Positions 27,301 through 39,083 of a DNA stretch of 60,000 nucleotides are shown here, piece after piece. This DNA comes from Amphiscolops sp. MND2022 (taxonomy: Eukaryota), in the NCBI GenBank assembly GCA_964187785.1, contig OZ076409.1, positions 30,878,001-30,938,000 on the forward strand, read 5' to 3'. The translations under genes and the position numbers were made by a program. Below the pieces are notes generated by a model. The model did not search any database. It was not told the origin of the DNA and saw only the letters and a list, made by a program, of their open reading frames with translations. Each line of letters starts with the position of its first letter. Within the stretch, counting starts at the first letter, position 1.

Positions 27301-28700
27301 GCGCAATCGAGCCAGAAATACTGTAATTACTGCAACAAGTTCGGACACATACTTTCACAATGCTGGTTTCGTCCACAACAACATCAACATCCAGCTCTAC
27401 CCTATACACAATACTCTGCGCCGAACTTCACAGCCGCGCAACTTATGATGCAGCCTCAGTCGATGGTACCCATCCCACAAATGCCGCAATACTGGTCATC
27501 CCACTATGATGCATATCAACAAGCCTCCAATCCAAAAAACTAAGTAAGCCACACATTGCCCATATTTCTTCTTCTTTATCTACTAATATGACTAACTCTT
27601 CACCCTTTTTAAACATCCTTTACAGCAAATGGTGACTCTGTAACCACCTTTGGTACTTTTCGAGCTTTTAAAATTGCAGGTGAATCTTTCACCGAAACTT
27701 TTATTTTAATGCACACCATGAACCAAACAATTTTGGGACTACCATTTTTTGAGAAAAATGATATTTCTATTCACCCTAGAACAAGAACGCTTAAACTACC
27801 CAATTTGACTTTACAACTGACCGAACGGATACATAAAGATGGAAAAATAAGTTCTCTTACTCCAAAGAAAAATCTTTTCTTACACTCTGTTCAAAATTAC
27901 TCGGTACAACCGAATACATCCGAAATAATCACTTGTTCTCTCAGCTGAATCCTTCTCTGAAGGAACAGTAGCTATCGTAGAACCGAATCCGCGTTTCGAA
28001 AAACAAACAGGACTTTGCGTTACCAGCGCAATTGTCAAACTGAACGACCAAAAACAAGTTTCCCTTGGGATACTTGATATCTTGCTATACAAAGTAACAG
28101 TTTTAAAAAATGTTCTTGTTGCGAAAGTAACCATCTTGACAGCCAAACAAGCTCAATACTTGCATCCTATCAACCCTGATCTTCTCCTTGACCATTTAAC
28201 TAAAAGTATTAACGGTCTCATTGAAGACTCTGAAACCAAAGTATACCCATCAACTGATGAGTTTTGGTTTCCTACTACGCAAAATTGCAAAGACCCAGGA
28301 AACCTCACAGGAATTCACAGAAGAATTTATGATGAGATCGTTGCTCTTAAAGCACGAGAAAAACTACAACCAGACAAAAATCCAGAAGACCGAAAGAAAT
28401 TTCTATCACAATTTACGTGGGAAAATTCTGTTTTTAACGCTGAACAGATTAATATTGTTGAAACGTTACTTTTATAATATCACCAAACTTTCGCAAAACA
28501 TCGCTTAGACATTGGAGCAAATGAAGAATTTAAAGTGAAACTTACCCCTGAAAATGATAAGCCGATGTCTACCCAAGGTCCACCGACCCCGATCCACTAT
28601 CGCGATGAAGTCCTAGTGAAATTGGCACTTTTACAATATTGGGGAGTGATAACAACCTTGACGTACTCGAAGTACTCAAGCTCAATTTTTGCCCTTCGTA
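18341..28700 (+). repeat. Four tandem copies (~2.63-kb period) of leader-gag-protease-RT N-terminus
   Basis: The aaaactcagc junction recurs (ctcagc at 18345, 20981, 23621, 26250). Copies 1-3 break at SPIF(A/V)VRK and restart; only copy 4 continues into RT. Confidence 0.95.
26327..27543 (+). pseudogene. gag: gag (copy 4 of 4; others at ~18422, ~21058, ~23698)
   Basis: FKGTEKENLNEF..QLE...LHLKGGALTFF capsid-like region; N/Q/W-rich linker; CCHC knuckle CNYCNKFGHILSQC; ends ASNPKN*; internal stop/frameshifts. Confidence 0.85.
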
Positions 28701-31671
28701 AACATTCGGGTAAATTGCGAATTTTAGTAGACCTCAGACGAATCAATCATTTAATCAGGCATGATTACGATAATCACAATTTTCCCATAGCAACATTAGC
28801 AGATGTAAATTCGCATCTTGCAGGTAAGAAGTATTTTGCTAAATTGGATTGCAGTCAAGCGTGTCATGTCCTGCAAATGGCTGACCCACTGTCAGTGCAA
28901 CTGCTGGCATTCAATTTTCTTTCAAGGAAATTCGCATATTTGCGCTTAGCTCAAGGACTAAGCCGCTCAGTTAGCGCCTTTAGTTCCTTTATGCGAAAAT
29001 ATCTATACCCTTGTATAGTTGCCGACCAGTGTTTTCAATACTTTGATGATCTAGGCACTGCAGCCAAAACCTTTGAAGAGTTCATTGCCAACCGAGAAGC
29101 CATCTTTGAATGCGTTCAAAAGACAGGTCTAAGACTCACGCCCAGTAAATGTGAATTTGGTCTAAAGGAAATGACATTTTTGACAAATACGATCACAAGC
29201 GAAGGAATGTCTCCCAATAAAACGAAAGTAACAGATTTTTTAGCCACTCTGAAACCTCCTAAAACCATAAAGCAGATTCGACGATTTATTGGGTTTTCCA
29301 GTATTTTCCTTCATTCATTCCCAAACTTGGTGAAAAACTGCTACCCTTCTATCAATTGTTACGAAAAGAATCAGACATTGTTTTAACAGAAGAACACCAT
29401 AAAAGTATCATTACTTTACGAAAAAATCTTGAACAAGCATGTCAAATGTCGCTTCGACTACCTAAACCAGACGCACAATATGTAATCTTAACTGATGCTA
29501 GTTTCTTTGCGGCTGAATATGTCCTCTTAATTGAAGACATTTCCATTGATCAAACAGGCAAAACTCACAAGACATATGTGCCAGTCTCTTTTGGTTCTAA
29601 GTATTTCACTCCAACCTATTTAATTTTGTCTATTTATGCTAAGGAATTTTAGTTGTGCACTTTGCATTTGACACATTTGCACACATTTTATAGGGAAGTT
29701 CTAAACCAGTGTTAGTTCTTACCGATAATAAATGTTTAACTAGATTTTTCCAAGCTTAAACAATTCCGTGAAGCCTTTGGACATGTGTGGATCGCGTTTT
29801 GAGTTTTAATTTTTTCCTTGGTCACATACCAGGAAAAGCAAATGCAGCGGCAGATTATCTGTCTAGAATTCATATCCAACCACACACTAAACTCGAACTT
29901 CGCTTTAATTCTAAAATACCTGTAGCTGATGTCCACCTCCATATGGGCATGCGGGTCCCTGACAATTCTGTAAATTCATTTAAATTTTACTGTGAAACGT
30001 TCAGTCTTCCGAAAAGTCTTCGTGAATCTTTTCCCCAAATTAACGCCCTCCATTCGCCAAACCCTTAGGATGATTTGGACTTCTCTGATAATCTGACACC
30101 CTTAAACTTGCGTGCGGAACAACAGAAAGATATCACTATTAGACTAGTATTATCATGGTTAGAAACAGGCCCGCCTTCTGATTTTCCTTAAATGAGCACG
30201 GAACTGCGAAAGTATCTCAAACACTTTGACCGATTAGAAAACCACCATGGTATTTTATACCGTAAATTTTTTGATGATACTGGCAGAATTTTTTTTGCCA
30301 ATACGTTGTTCCTAAATATTTGCGAAATGAAGTTTTCTATCGAGTACACAATAGCAAGTTTGCAGGCCACCCTGGCATTGCTAAAACAGCAGAACTCTAT
30401 CGTAAACACTTCTATTTCCCTGGTTTTGTTGAATTTTCAGCTAACTACGTGAAAATTGTAGCTCTTGTCTTCAAATCAAACCTGGTAAACACCAAACGTT
30501 GAAAACACCACTTTTGTCCCTTGCGACTGAAAAATATTATCCGGGTGATATGCTTCAATTAGATCTCGTAGGAAAACTACCAGAATCTGTTGGGTACACA
30601 CATACTTACAGCCAAAGACACTTTTAGTAAATATCTTTTTGCGACTCCTCTGCGCAATGCTAGCGCACCGAATGTTGCAAAACAGTTTTTTCACATTTTT
30701 ATGAGATCCGCCTATATACCAAGAGTTGTTCTCTCGGATATGGGAGCCGCGTTCACCTCTCGTGACCGAATTAAGTCGCTTACTGGAAATCAAACTGGAA
30801 TATGCCACTGTCAAACACCCAAACTGTTGGGTCCGTTGAGTGCTCTCATGCGTCTCTAGAACAATATCTTGGCATCTAGGAAAACAAAATTAAACGCGAT
30901 TGGCACCTATACGTAGACTTAGCCGTGTTTGTACATAATACAGCGTATCATGCATCCATTGGATGTACTCCAACCTTTTTGTTCCATGGCCGACAACACC
31001 ATTCACAACTTGATTTACGATTTGATAACAAACGTTTGCAAACACTTGAAACACGATACGAATTTACGAGTACTCTTCAAGATAAAATGAACGAAGTGTT
31101 TTCCCTAGCACGTGATGCTACTATCACTGCTTACAACAAATATCGACATTTTTATGACCGAAAAGCGTCAGCCGCCCCGTTGAAAAAACATGCCTTTTGT
31201 CTACTTCTAAATCCAAAACTTTCGAACACAAATGATCATATGGGAAAATCACTCACAAAATGGCTACCTCTGTATCCAGTTGAATCTGTACTAACGAACT
31301 CGAATTACCTTTTTCGAAAGGTAGGCACCATTTACACACAATGTGTACATCGAATTCGACTTCGTCCCATCACACCACAATATACAGTCGATGACCTTGC
31401 TCACATTAACCAGTCTAATTTTGTTCCTGATCCGTCTACTCGATACGTCTCAGAATCTGTTCCTTTTGACCAGGCTCTTCCAGACCGTTTGACTGATCGA
31501 ACTTTTACTACGGCCGACGAAGTTGATGATATGCCTGCCGTCGTATTTCACTATGTTCTAGGTCGCGTGCCACCGGCGCCACCACCGCCCCCCGGCACCA
31601 TCGACACCCCAGGCTCTCCTGGTACCCCCTCCCAGTCTACCGCAGCTTTTACATGTCTTACCTCAACCTGA
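27540..31671 (+). pseudogene. pol: pol (protease-RT-RNase H-integrase), multiple frameshifts/stops
   Basis: LRILVDLRRIN, FAKLDCSQA, QYFDD (RT); ILTDAS and HIPGKANAAADYLSR (RNase H); HNSKFAGHPG, AKDTFSKY, VLSDMG, HNTAYHASIGCTPTFLFHGR (IN). The protease LIDTG motif is seen in upstream copy 2 (~22421) but is deleted in copy 4. Confidence 0.92.
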
Positions 31672-32090
31672 AGTCCTCCCTGACCGCGACTTCCTACAAG
31701 CAGAAAATCATGCTGATCTCCCTCCCGTTCTCTATCAAGCTAGGCTTGATCCTTCGACTGTACATTTCCAAGATCAACACCATCAATCGTTTTTCGTTTC
31801 TTCCTCCTCAGGAACACCATTTTCCTCAGTGAATATGCCCAATTCTTCGTTTTCCCCACCCCAGAAACAACATTTACTTCTGACGATCTTTTTACTGTCG
31901 CACAGCCGACTTCTGGTATAGTAACGACTATTACCTCTTCTACTCGTCACCCACCTTCAATGCATTCTACCCCTATTTCGAGTCATACCTCACCTTCCTA
32001 CTTTCCCAGTCCTCCTGGTTTAACCCATGAACCTATGCCGACCCTAAACTTGAAATCATCAGGTTTCAAATCTTACCATTCTGAACGAAC

Positions 32091-32125
32091 TCCTCCTCCT
32101 CCTCCTCCTCCTCCTCCTCCTCCTC
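32091..32125. repeat. (CCT)n microsatellite
   Basis: About 11 perfect CCT/TCC units in the Pro/Ser-rich region after integrase. Confidence 0.9.
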
Positions 32126-33558
32126 GTTTTCGGGATTTTCAGATAAGCTCGTAAACCGAGGACGAGCCATTGCCTCACCACCTTCCAATCCTCATCGCTG
32201 ACACGCTACGCCTCTATTTGACCTTTATAATACCCCTACTTATTCAAGTTATCCTAATACCAAACCATATTATTTTCGCCAATCGCCATCACGCATTTCG
32301 CGTCCTACTACCCCCATACCTTCAACCCCGCCCTCTTTGGCATTAAACTCCCCTACTTCCTCTTCTCTTTTTGTTGGAATTCCGTTATACCATCCATCAA
32401 CCACTCCTGTGTGACAAACCACCGACCTAGCTGCCTCTATTCGAAACCATACTGTCCCCACTACTGTTTTTCGTAAAACTCATACCACGAATACTCCATC
32501 CACTGTTACGATTACCACCATCGCTTCTTCTAATCGTCGTGACACTCGTTTACGACCCAAACCGAGCCGCACATCCTTTTTTGGTTCCAAACCATGGAAA
32601 TATACCACTTTCTACCTTATTTTTTTATATCATTTTTTCTATGATTTTGGAAAAAGTTTTTTTTTCTCAACCCAACCTTTCTCAAGGTACCCTTTCCACT
32701 TCCCACTATCTTCTGGCTTCTCTCTAGCTCCTAATTAACCCACCTAAAGCTCTGAATTACCCCCCTTTTCTACGATGTTTTTCGATGAAACTTCTGATTT
32801 TTTTTGAAAAATCGCTGTTTTTCGAGTTTTTGGCCATAAATTGTATCATAGTCCTTCTCTATGGACCCATATGATACCCCATTCTCACTGTGGGATCCCT
32901 TGCGCCACCTAGGTGTAATCTGCAGGTCCTTGGGTTCCATCCTACCCATTATTCATAGCCGTTTTCCCCAAAAATATGACCTTTTTTTGACCCCTGAAAA
33001 ATCTGACCTTCGAAGACCCCTAAAATTCTCATTTTTTGGATTTTTGATCCCGAAATAGCGGTGATCCCCCTTTCTTACCCCAAACTTCCGATTAGGGCCA
33101 AAAAATAGGAAAAATCTAAAAAAAAATTTAAAAAAAGTTTTTCTGGGGCGTTTTTTGGCCCTCTTCTCTCACATTGCATTTTTTGCCAATTTTATGTGTT
33201 TTTCTCTTTCTTTTTCACCCAGAATGGCCACCGAACCCCCCTACTAGTTCCCTACGGTTTTACTACGCATCAAATATTTCTATACCTATGGTTTTTATGG
33301 GAGTTTGATGCAAAAAACACGAAAAAATACTTGGTTTTTTTAAATTTTTCTCATATTTCTCGAAATAAAAGTGCATTTTCTTACTTTTAGGTTTGCATGG
33401 AGCTACTTCCACAGGCTTCCTGCTCTTCCTTCTCTCCCCAGGGATCCACAACAGGCCCTCGTACTCTCACTGATGTCTGTAATCTGATGCAAACATGCAT
33501 ATTTTTATAAAATCACCTAGAATCCCTAACTGACTCTCTGTGTAATATTCAATATTAC

Positions 33559-34845
33559 TCACTCTGGCTCAGGCAAATCGGGTAATGGTTCGCAATGGAA
33601 GCGAGTCCGAAACTTCTCGCCTCCTTGGATGGCTTGGCACAAGAAGCTGCCCCCTCGCCCATTGCTTTCTGGTCCGTACTTGTAACGGATCCAGCCCGCC
33701 ATGTTCCAATATTGCCAGTATACAACGAGTTCTGTTTGTAGTACCCAGGCAGTTTTTAAGATCTGAAACCATTCTATTGGTCTCTCATAGCCCATTACTT
33801 TTACACTGGAAGTACACACCTGATAAGGCAAACATCTGACCCTTACCGCCGCTTCTGAAATGCTGGCCGTCACTTTTGCGCACTCTTGTACCAAGAAATC
33901 GTTGGGTGCGGTCCCAAGACACGTGCGGCAGTACTCTTTAATTTCGGCAGTCTGCTTTGCCTGAGTAGCTGCCACTCGTAGACCCTTGCACTTTCTACCA
34001 GGTGCACTGTTCTTCCGTTCTAGATATAAAGAATTTTTTTGCTTATCCTGCATTCTTCATGTTAGACTTTTATTTTACATTAACTACCTGATTTCCTTCC
34101 GACCATCAAATAGTATACGCTGGAGAAGAAACACTCGCCTCCTACTTCTGCCAGCTCGCCCAATGGCTCTTTCCGTTTCGGACAATCTAATACCACTGCC
34201 GTGTTACTGGACTTTCTCCCTCTGATGGGTTCCCGGACACACGTATACCCGAACTTCTCACAAAGTTCAACCCTCCGTTTCAGCGGCACAGGCACTTACC
34301 ATTGTGTCCGCTTTCTTTCGTCACTTTCGAAAAAGCATGTTTGGCAATTTTGCAAGAACCTGTTAATACTTCTATATGTACCCTCTTTGCCTCATATAGT
34401 ATAACATTTCTTAGATCACACAAAAAAAAACAAAAAGTCGATGTTTTATTGTTATCATATTTTACTTGTAATTCAAATGAAATGCCACTTACTCTTCAGC
34501 TAGCGCCTTCAAGCCTCCTAAACCTGCTGGATATGCCCATCCGGCTCCAGACAGGGCATCGATGTGAAGGTGTAACCCCCGGTTGTGCTTTTTTCCGACA
34601 TCGCTCTCTCCTTCTTTCCACTTCTTCACATGAAATTTGTATAGGAGATTGTCCACTTGTTCTTTCGTTGGAACTGGCAAGAACTCGTTTCTTCTTCCCT
34701 TATACATAAGCACACCATTTTCTACTTTCAGACTGCGACACACCTTCTTAAAGTTCTCCCTCTTCTCTGCCGTCTTTAATACTGACGTATCGAGCACTCC
34801 ATCTTTCAAATACTTCACAATCGCTTCGTGCAAGAATCGCTCCAT
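33559..34845 (-). CDS. Putative spliced antisense gene: integrase-type HHCC zinc finger plus OTU-like cysteine protease (probably pseudogenised)
   Basis: Predicted exons 34845-34493, 34359-34088 and 34019-33559 join in frame via GT-AG introns of 133 and 68 nt. Motifs LLYKFH..KKHNRG..EFLQNCQTC; GGECFFSSVYYLMVG..LR; EWFQILKTAWVLQTELVVY; RFHCEP. One in-frame TAA at 34298-34296. Confidence 0.55.
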
Positions 34846-35365
34846 GATGACACTCTGAAAAAACCGACCGACAGATGGAATTCAGCCTATACTCTTATCA
34901 CTGCTATTGACTCCTCACTCTCAGTTTCTGACGAATGTAAAAGACAGTCCAGCCAAACTTTTTGCTTTATCTCACTGTTTTACTGTAACTAATTTTTTTC
35001 TTTCTTCTCGTCTCTTTTCATTTTTTCTTCTTCCCTTTTCTCTGTTTTTTTTTGCTTCGGTCGTACTGTTTACATTTCATACTAACTTTAGAGTTTTTTT
35101 ACAATCTAATTTTTTCTTCGAGACTTCACTGTTTTCTCTTTTGTTTTTTTTCTTCTCTTTCTTCTATTTCTCCACAACTGTTTGACTGTTCTTTTTTTCT
35201 TTTGCTTTTTCACTTTCATCTTTCTTTTTTTTCTCGCCTTTTTAGTTTTTCTTCTTCTTTAGTCGTCTTTCCTTCTGTTTTTGTTCATACGCCCTTCTAG
35301 CTTTTAGTCCGACTGACTTCTTTTTCTCCCTTTTTGGTATCTCCTTTTTCTTTTCTTTTTCTTCC

Positions 35366-35865
35366 TTTTTAGTCGGCGCATTTTAGAAGAAAATGAGCCC
35401 GACTATTACAGTGGCAAGTTTTTTTTCTTTTTTTTTCGTCAGACCACAGAATGTATGCGTAGTGGACACTTTTTACAGAACTACTAAAAGTACTGCACCG
35501 GCAAGCGGAATCATATCTGAGTTACTGCAAAGGGTCCCCCCTTTCGTGTACTCAATTTTTAACGTAAGATACAAAACCGGACGGAACTACAGGGTCCCCC
35601 CTTTGAATTTTTTTCGGCACTGTGCGACTTTTTTTTCGAAATTTTTTTAATGTCCCCAAAGGGTCCCCCCTTTGAGTTTTTTGTTATTTTGCAACAGAAT
35701 GTGTGTTTATAAATCAAAAAGGGTCCCCCCTTTTACATTTTTCGGCACTACGCGACATTTTCCGAAAGAAAAATTTTTTTCGAAAATTTCAAGTTTTTTC
35801 CAAAAAATGTTTTGCGCTTTTTGAGACTTAGATATAGCGCCGACTTGAGACGTTCCCGTCTTGTT
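35366..35865 (+). mobile_element. Helentron-like non-autonomous element
   Basis: TTTTTAGTCGGCGCATTTTAGAAGAAAATGAGCCCGACT start; GCGCCGACT + GACG-TTCC-CGTC-TTGTT end; internal AAGGGTCCCCCC repeats. Confidence 0.8.
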
Positions 35866-36131
35866 TCTTCTTTTTCAAACTCTGCCTGTTGTTTTCGGCA
35901 GGCTCGACAACACAGGCACAACACTAATGTGATGAGCACTGATAAAATCATGTTCACCCATACCCCAACGTGACTGGCCCCGGTCTCTTCTGTCACTGTC
36001 GCGGGTGGCAGAGAGCACTCAGGTCGGGGACTCTTCGTGAACGAGCAGAGGCGCCCCCCTCGTTCAACGTATGTCCCCTCAGGACAACACCACGACACAA
36101 AATATTCAAATTTTGCCATAGGGCAATTCAT
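35866..36131 (-). CDS. Small Cys-rich single-pass membrane protein, antisense in the LTR element, C-terminus cut by a Helentron-like insertion
   Basis: ATG ORF with Cys-rich N-terminus, hydrophobic VGVWVNMILSVLITLVL, then CLCCRACRKQ and K/E-rich sequence. K/E-rich coding-like sequence resumes beyond the insertion (<35366). Confidence 0.5.
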
Positions 36132-36566
36132 TTTTCATCTTGACTCTGAAGAACTCGAATACACATGAAAGACTTACGTTAGATGCTAGCAGTAGAAAGA
36201 GAATATCGTTGGTAATATTGTAGATAATCAACAAAGCTAACAATAAGACTCAAACAAGACAACTGTTTGTTAAACGAAGAATTCTCAAACTCAAATATGA
36301 CACTTGGTCTCACTGATTGAACATTCGACAAAAATTCTCAAACCTCCGGTTTAAATAGCAAACTACGAATTTGGTCATATTTGAATCGTACGATTTCCAT
36401 TTTTGCTCGATCATTCGACTTTCGAATCTTTCTTGTGATCACACCACCTATTCGAAGAAAAGAATTTCAACTTTGATATTTTCTTTACACAAATTTGCTC
36501 TTTCCATTTGAAAAGCTAAATCATTACAAATCAAATTTCTCCACATATCAATAAATATCAAGATCA

Positions 36567-38597
36567 TTGTCCTATCGTGTTTTTGCCCCCTACGGAATGT
36601 TTGGGATTTGCATATCTCTTTTGTTTCTCTTCTTTCCATATTTGGGAATTACTCAATCGTCGATTGCTGCCTTCGACGATTCCGATGGTCCCTTGAAAAA
36701 AGGCATCATCTTCCATGAGAACAAAAAAATATTGCTTGCTGAAAAGTTTAATAATGTGGAATTTCTTCTTCCCTTCCCCCAGTTCGCCGTATCCATCAAA
36801 TCTGACCTCAAGCACCTTCTCACCATCTTGGACTCCATGTGGGAAATGCCCACCTTTAACTGCTATTTGAACTTCACCAACACATCTATGCAGGGACTTG
36901 ATGTCAACTGGCTTCTTCCTGAGGAACAAAAAGAAGTCACTGCTTCTGAACAAGCTCTCTTGAAACTCCAACATGAAATCGCTGCCTTTTTGCCGCCTCC
37001 ATCTCCCAGTACTTCTAATGCTGATCGCCCCCGCAGAGCCCTGCCTCTAGCAGCAGCCGCTGTTGGAGCTATTAGACTTTTGGGCACCGGTATTGCTATG
37101 GGCTCTGGCGATTGTGGTTTGTCAGGTATCTTCGGCACCTGTCAATCCCGGGAGAATGCTGATGCCATCAACCGCATGTTTCAGATGACAGAATTCCTCG
37201 CCGAGAACCTGCAACATATTCACTCCTCTACGAATGAGAAATTTTTTGTTGTAGGCAAAGAATTACAAGCGATTAGGGACCTTCAACAGCAAATGGCTGA
37301 CATACAGAATGCCAACTGGCAGACAAGAACTTCTCAATTTGATGCCTTCCGTGATGATATTCACAGGATGAGGAATTGTGATCAGCTGTTGTTCACCCAA
37401 CAACAGATCAATTTTAATTTCGACACTGTGGCGTCACTTCTTTCTCTTTTTTATTCAAATGTGAAATCATACCGTGCTGCGCTGTTCGCTTATCGCCTCA
37501 ACCTCTTGAACAGCTTTCCGGCTTTATTGAACAAGTTTGTCCCTATGTCACTTCTCGACCGCCCGTCACTAGAGAAAGTCCTCACAATCGTACAGAATAT
37601 TCAAAATAAGGCACGAGACCGTCTCCCTTTGGCAATTCCCTTTCAGGAGACATTGTCATATTACGAATCTCAGCTTCTACAAGACATTGTCGCTTAACCT
37701 GAAGGATTGCTCATAACCATGTCAATCCCTTTGGCTTCGCGTCAGACGGTCCTCGCGACATACGAAGCGGTACCTTTGCCCATGCCCCAGCATGACGATG
37801 ACATGGCAATGATATGGGATACAAATGCTGATTTTCTCGCCGTCTCTGAAGATGGTCGCGAGACTGCCAGTGTGTCTCGTCAGCAACTGGAACAATGCAT
37901 TGGGTCGTCTCGTTACAACATTTGCCAACAAGGATTCGCGACTGAAGGTTCAGGTTCTTCATGCCTGTCTCTTCTTTTCTTTGGCAACTTTGTCCAGGCT
38001 ATGAAAGTCTGTGACTTGGTTCCTTACCAGTTGCACATATTTGAACGAGCAATTAACCTCAAATTTGACATTTGGCTGATCCTCTCTGCTGATGCTGACT
38101 TTGAACTTCGCGAATCAGCTAGCAATGATACAGCTCACTTGTCCACTCTCACATACCCAGGATGCCGCATTTGTATATACACGTTACCATGTGGTCATCA
38201 ACTTTGTGGACCCAATATTTTCATCCGATCTGATTTACAATCATGTTCTCGTGTGCCCTCAATCAAGATTCATGTGGATCTTCCTGACCCTCTTCAGAAT
38301 GTGCTGAGTGTCCTTCCTTCCATCGAGGAACTTCCTTCCTTCAGCACCAAATCTTTCGCCAACCTCGCATTTTTACGTTCTCTGAAAAAAGAATTAAAAT
38401 ATATCCCTCAAACATCGCTCCAGGATCGAGAAGCGCGTCAGAAACTCGCTAAACCGATTGTCATGCAAATGACTACTTTGAAAAATCCTTTTCGACGCGA
38501 ACTTAGCCACGTGACCTCTTTTACATCTACCATAATAATAGGCATAGCAAGTTTTATAATCTCTATGTTGTTATATTTGTTATTCAAGTACATTTTT
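36567..38597 (+). pseudogene. env: Envelope glycoprotein, class I fusion (F-type), one internal stop, tail displaced by insertion
   Basis: ORFs 36567-37697 and 37707-38615 are in the same frame, separated by a single TAA. Signal-like MFGICISLLFLFFPYLG; furin site RPRR followed by fusion peptide ALPLAAAAVGAIRLLGTGIAMG; heptad region; Cys-rich region; C-terminal TM IIIGIASFIISMLLYLLF. Confidence 0.85.
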
Positions 38598-39083
38598 AGT
38601 CGGCGCTTTTCTTAAGAAAAGAGTCCGACTATTACAGTCACTCGTTTTTTTTAATTTTTTAATTTAAGACAGACTCGAAGCGACGAACGTTAAAATTAAC
38701 GTTCAACTACTAAATAAGTACTAAACTACTGGACCGCTAAAGGCAAACGGGAGTGCATTAATTTACTTTTTAAACGTTACATACAAGCCCGGACGGGACT
38801 AAAGTCCCCCCCCTTTCGATTTTTTTTTCGGCACTGTGAGACTTTTTTTTCGAAATTTTTTAATGTCCCCAAAGGGTCCCCCCTTTGAGTTTTTTGTTAT
38901 TTTGCTACAGAATGCGTGTTTATAAATCAAAAAGGGTCCCTCTTTTACTTTTTTCGGCAGTGTGCGACATTTTCCGAAAGAAATGTTTTTTTTTCGAAAA
39001 TTTCAAGTTTTTTTCCAAACAAAAATGTTTTGCGCTTTTTGAGCCTTAGATATAGCGCCGACTTGAGACGTTCCCGTCTTGTT
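38593..39083 (+). mobile_element. Helentron-like non-autonomous element inserted just after the env TM segment
   Basis: TTTTTAGTCGGCGCTTTTCTTAAGAAAAGAGTCCGACT start; GCGCCGACTTGAGACGTTCCCGTCTTGTT end. Confidence 0.8.

Noticed and set aside
33800..33850. Extra intron (GTAAGG...TTCCAG) in the OTU-like exon
   Set aside because: Removing the 41 nt breaks the frame, and the ORF is already open across it.
34907..35300. Phe/Ser/Leu-rich plus-strand membrane ORFs
   Set aside because: Low-complexity pyrimidine tract; any coding signal is on the minus strand.
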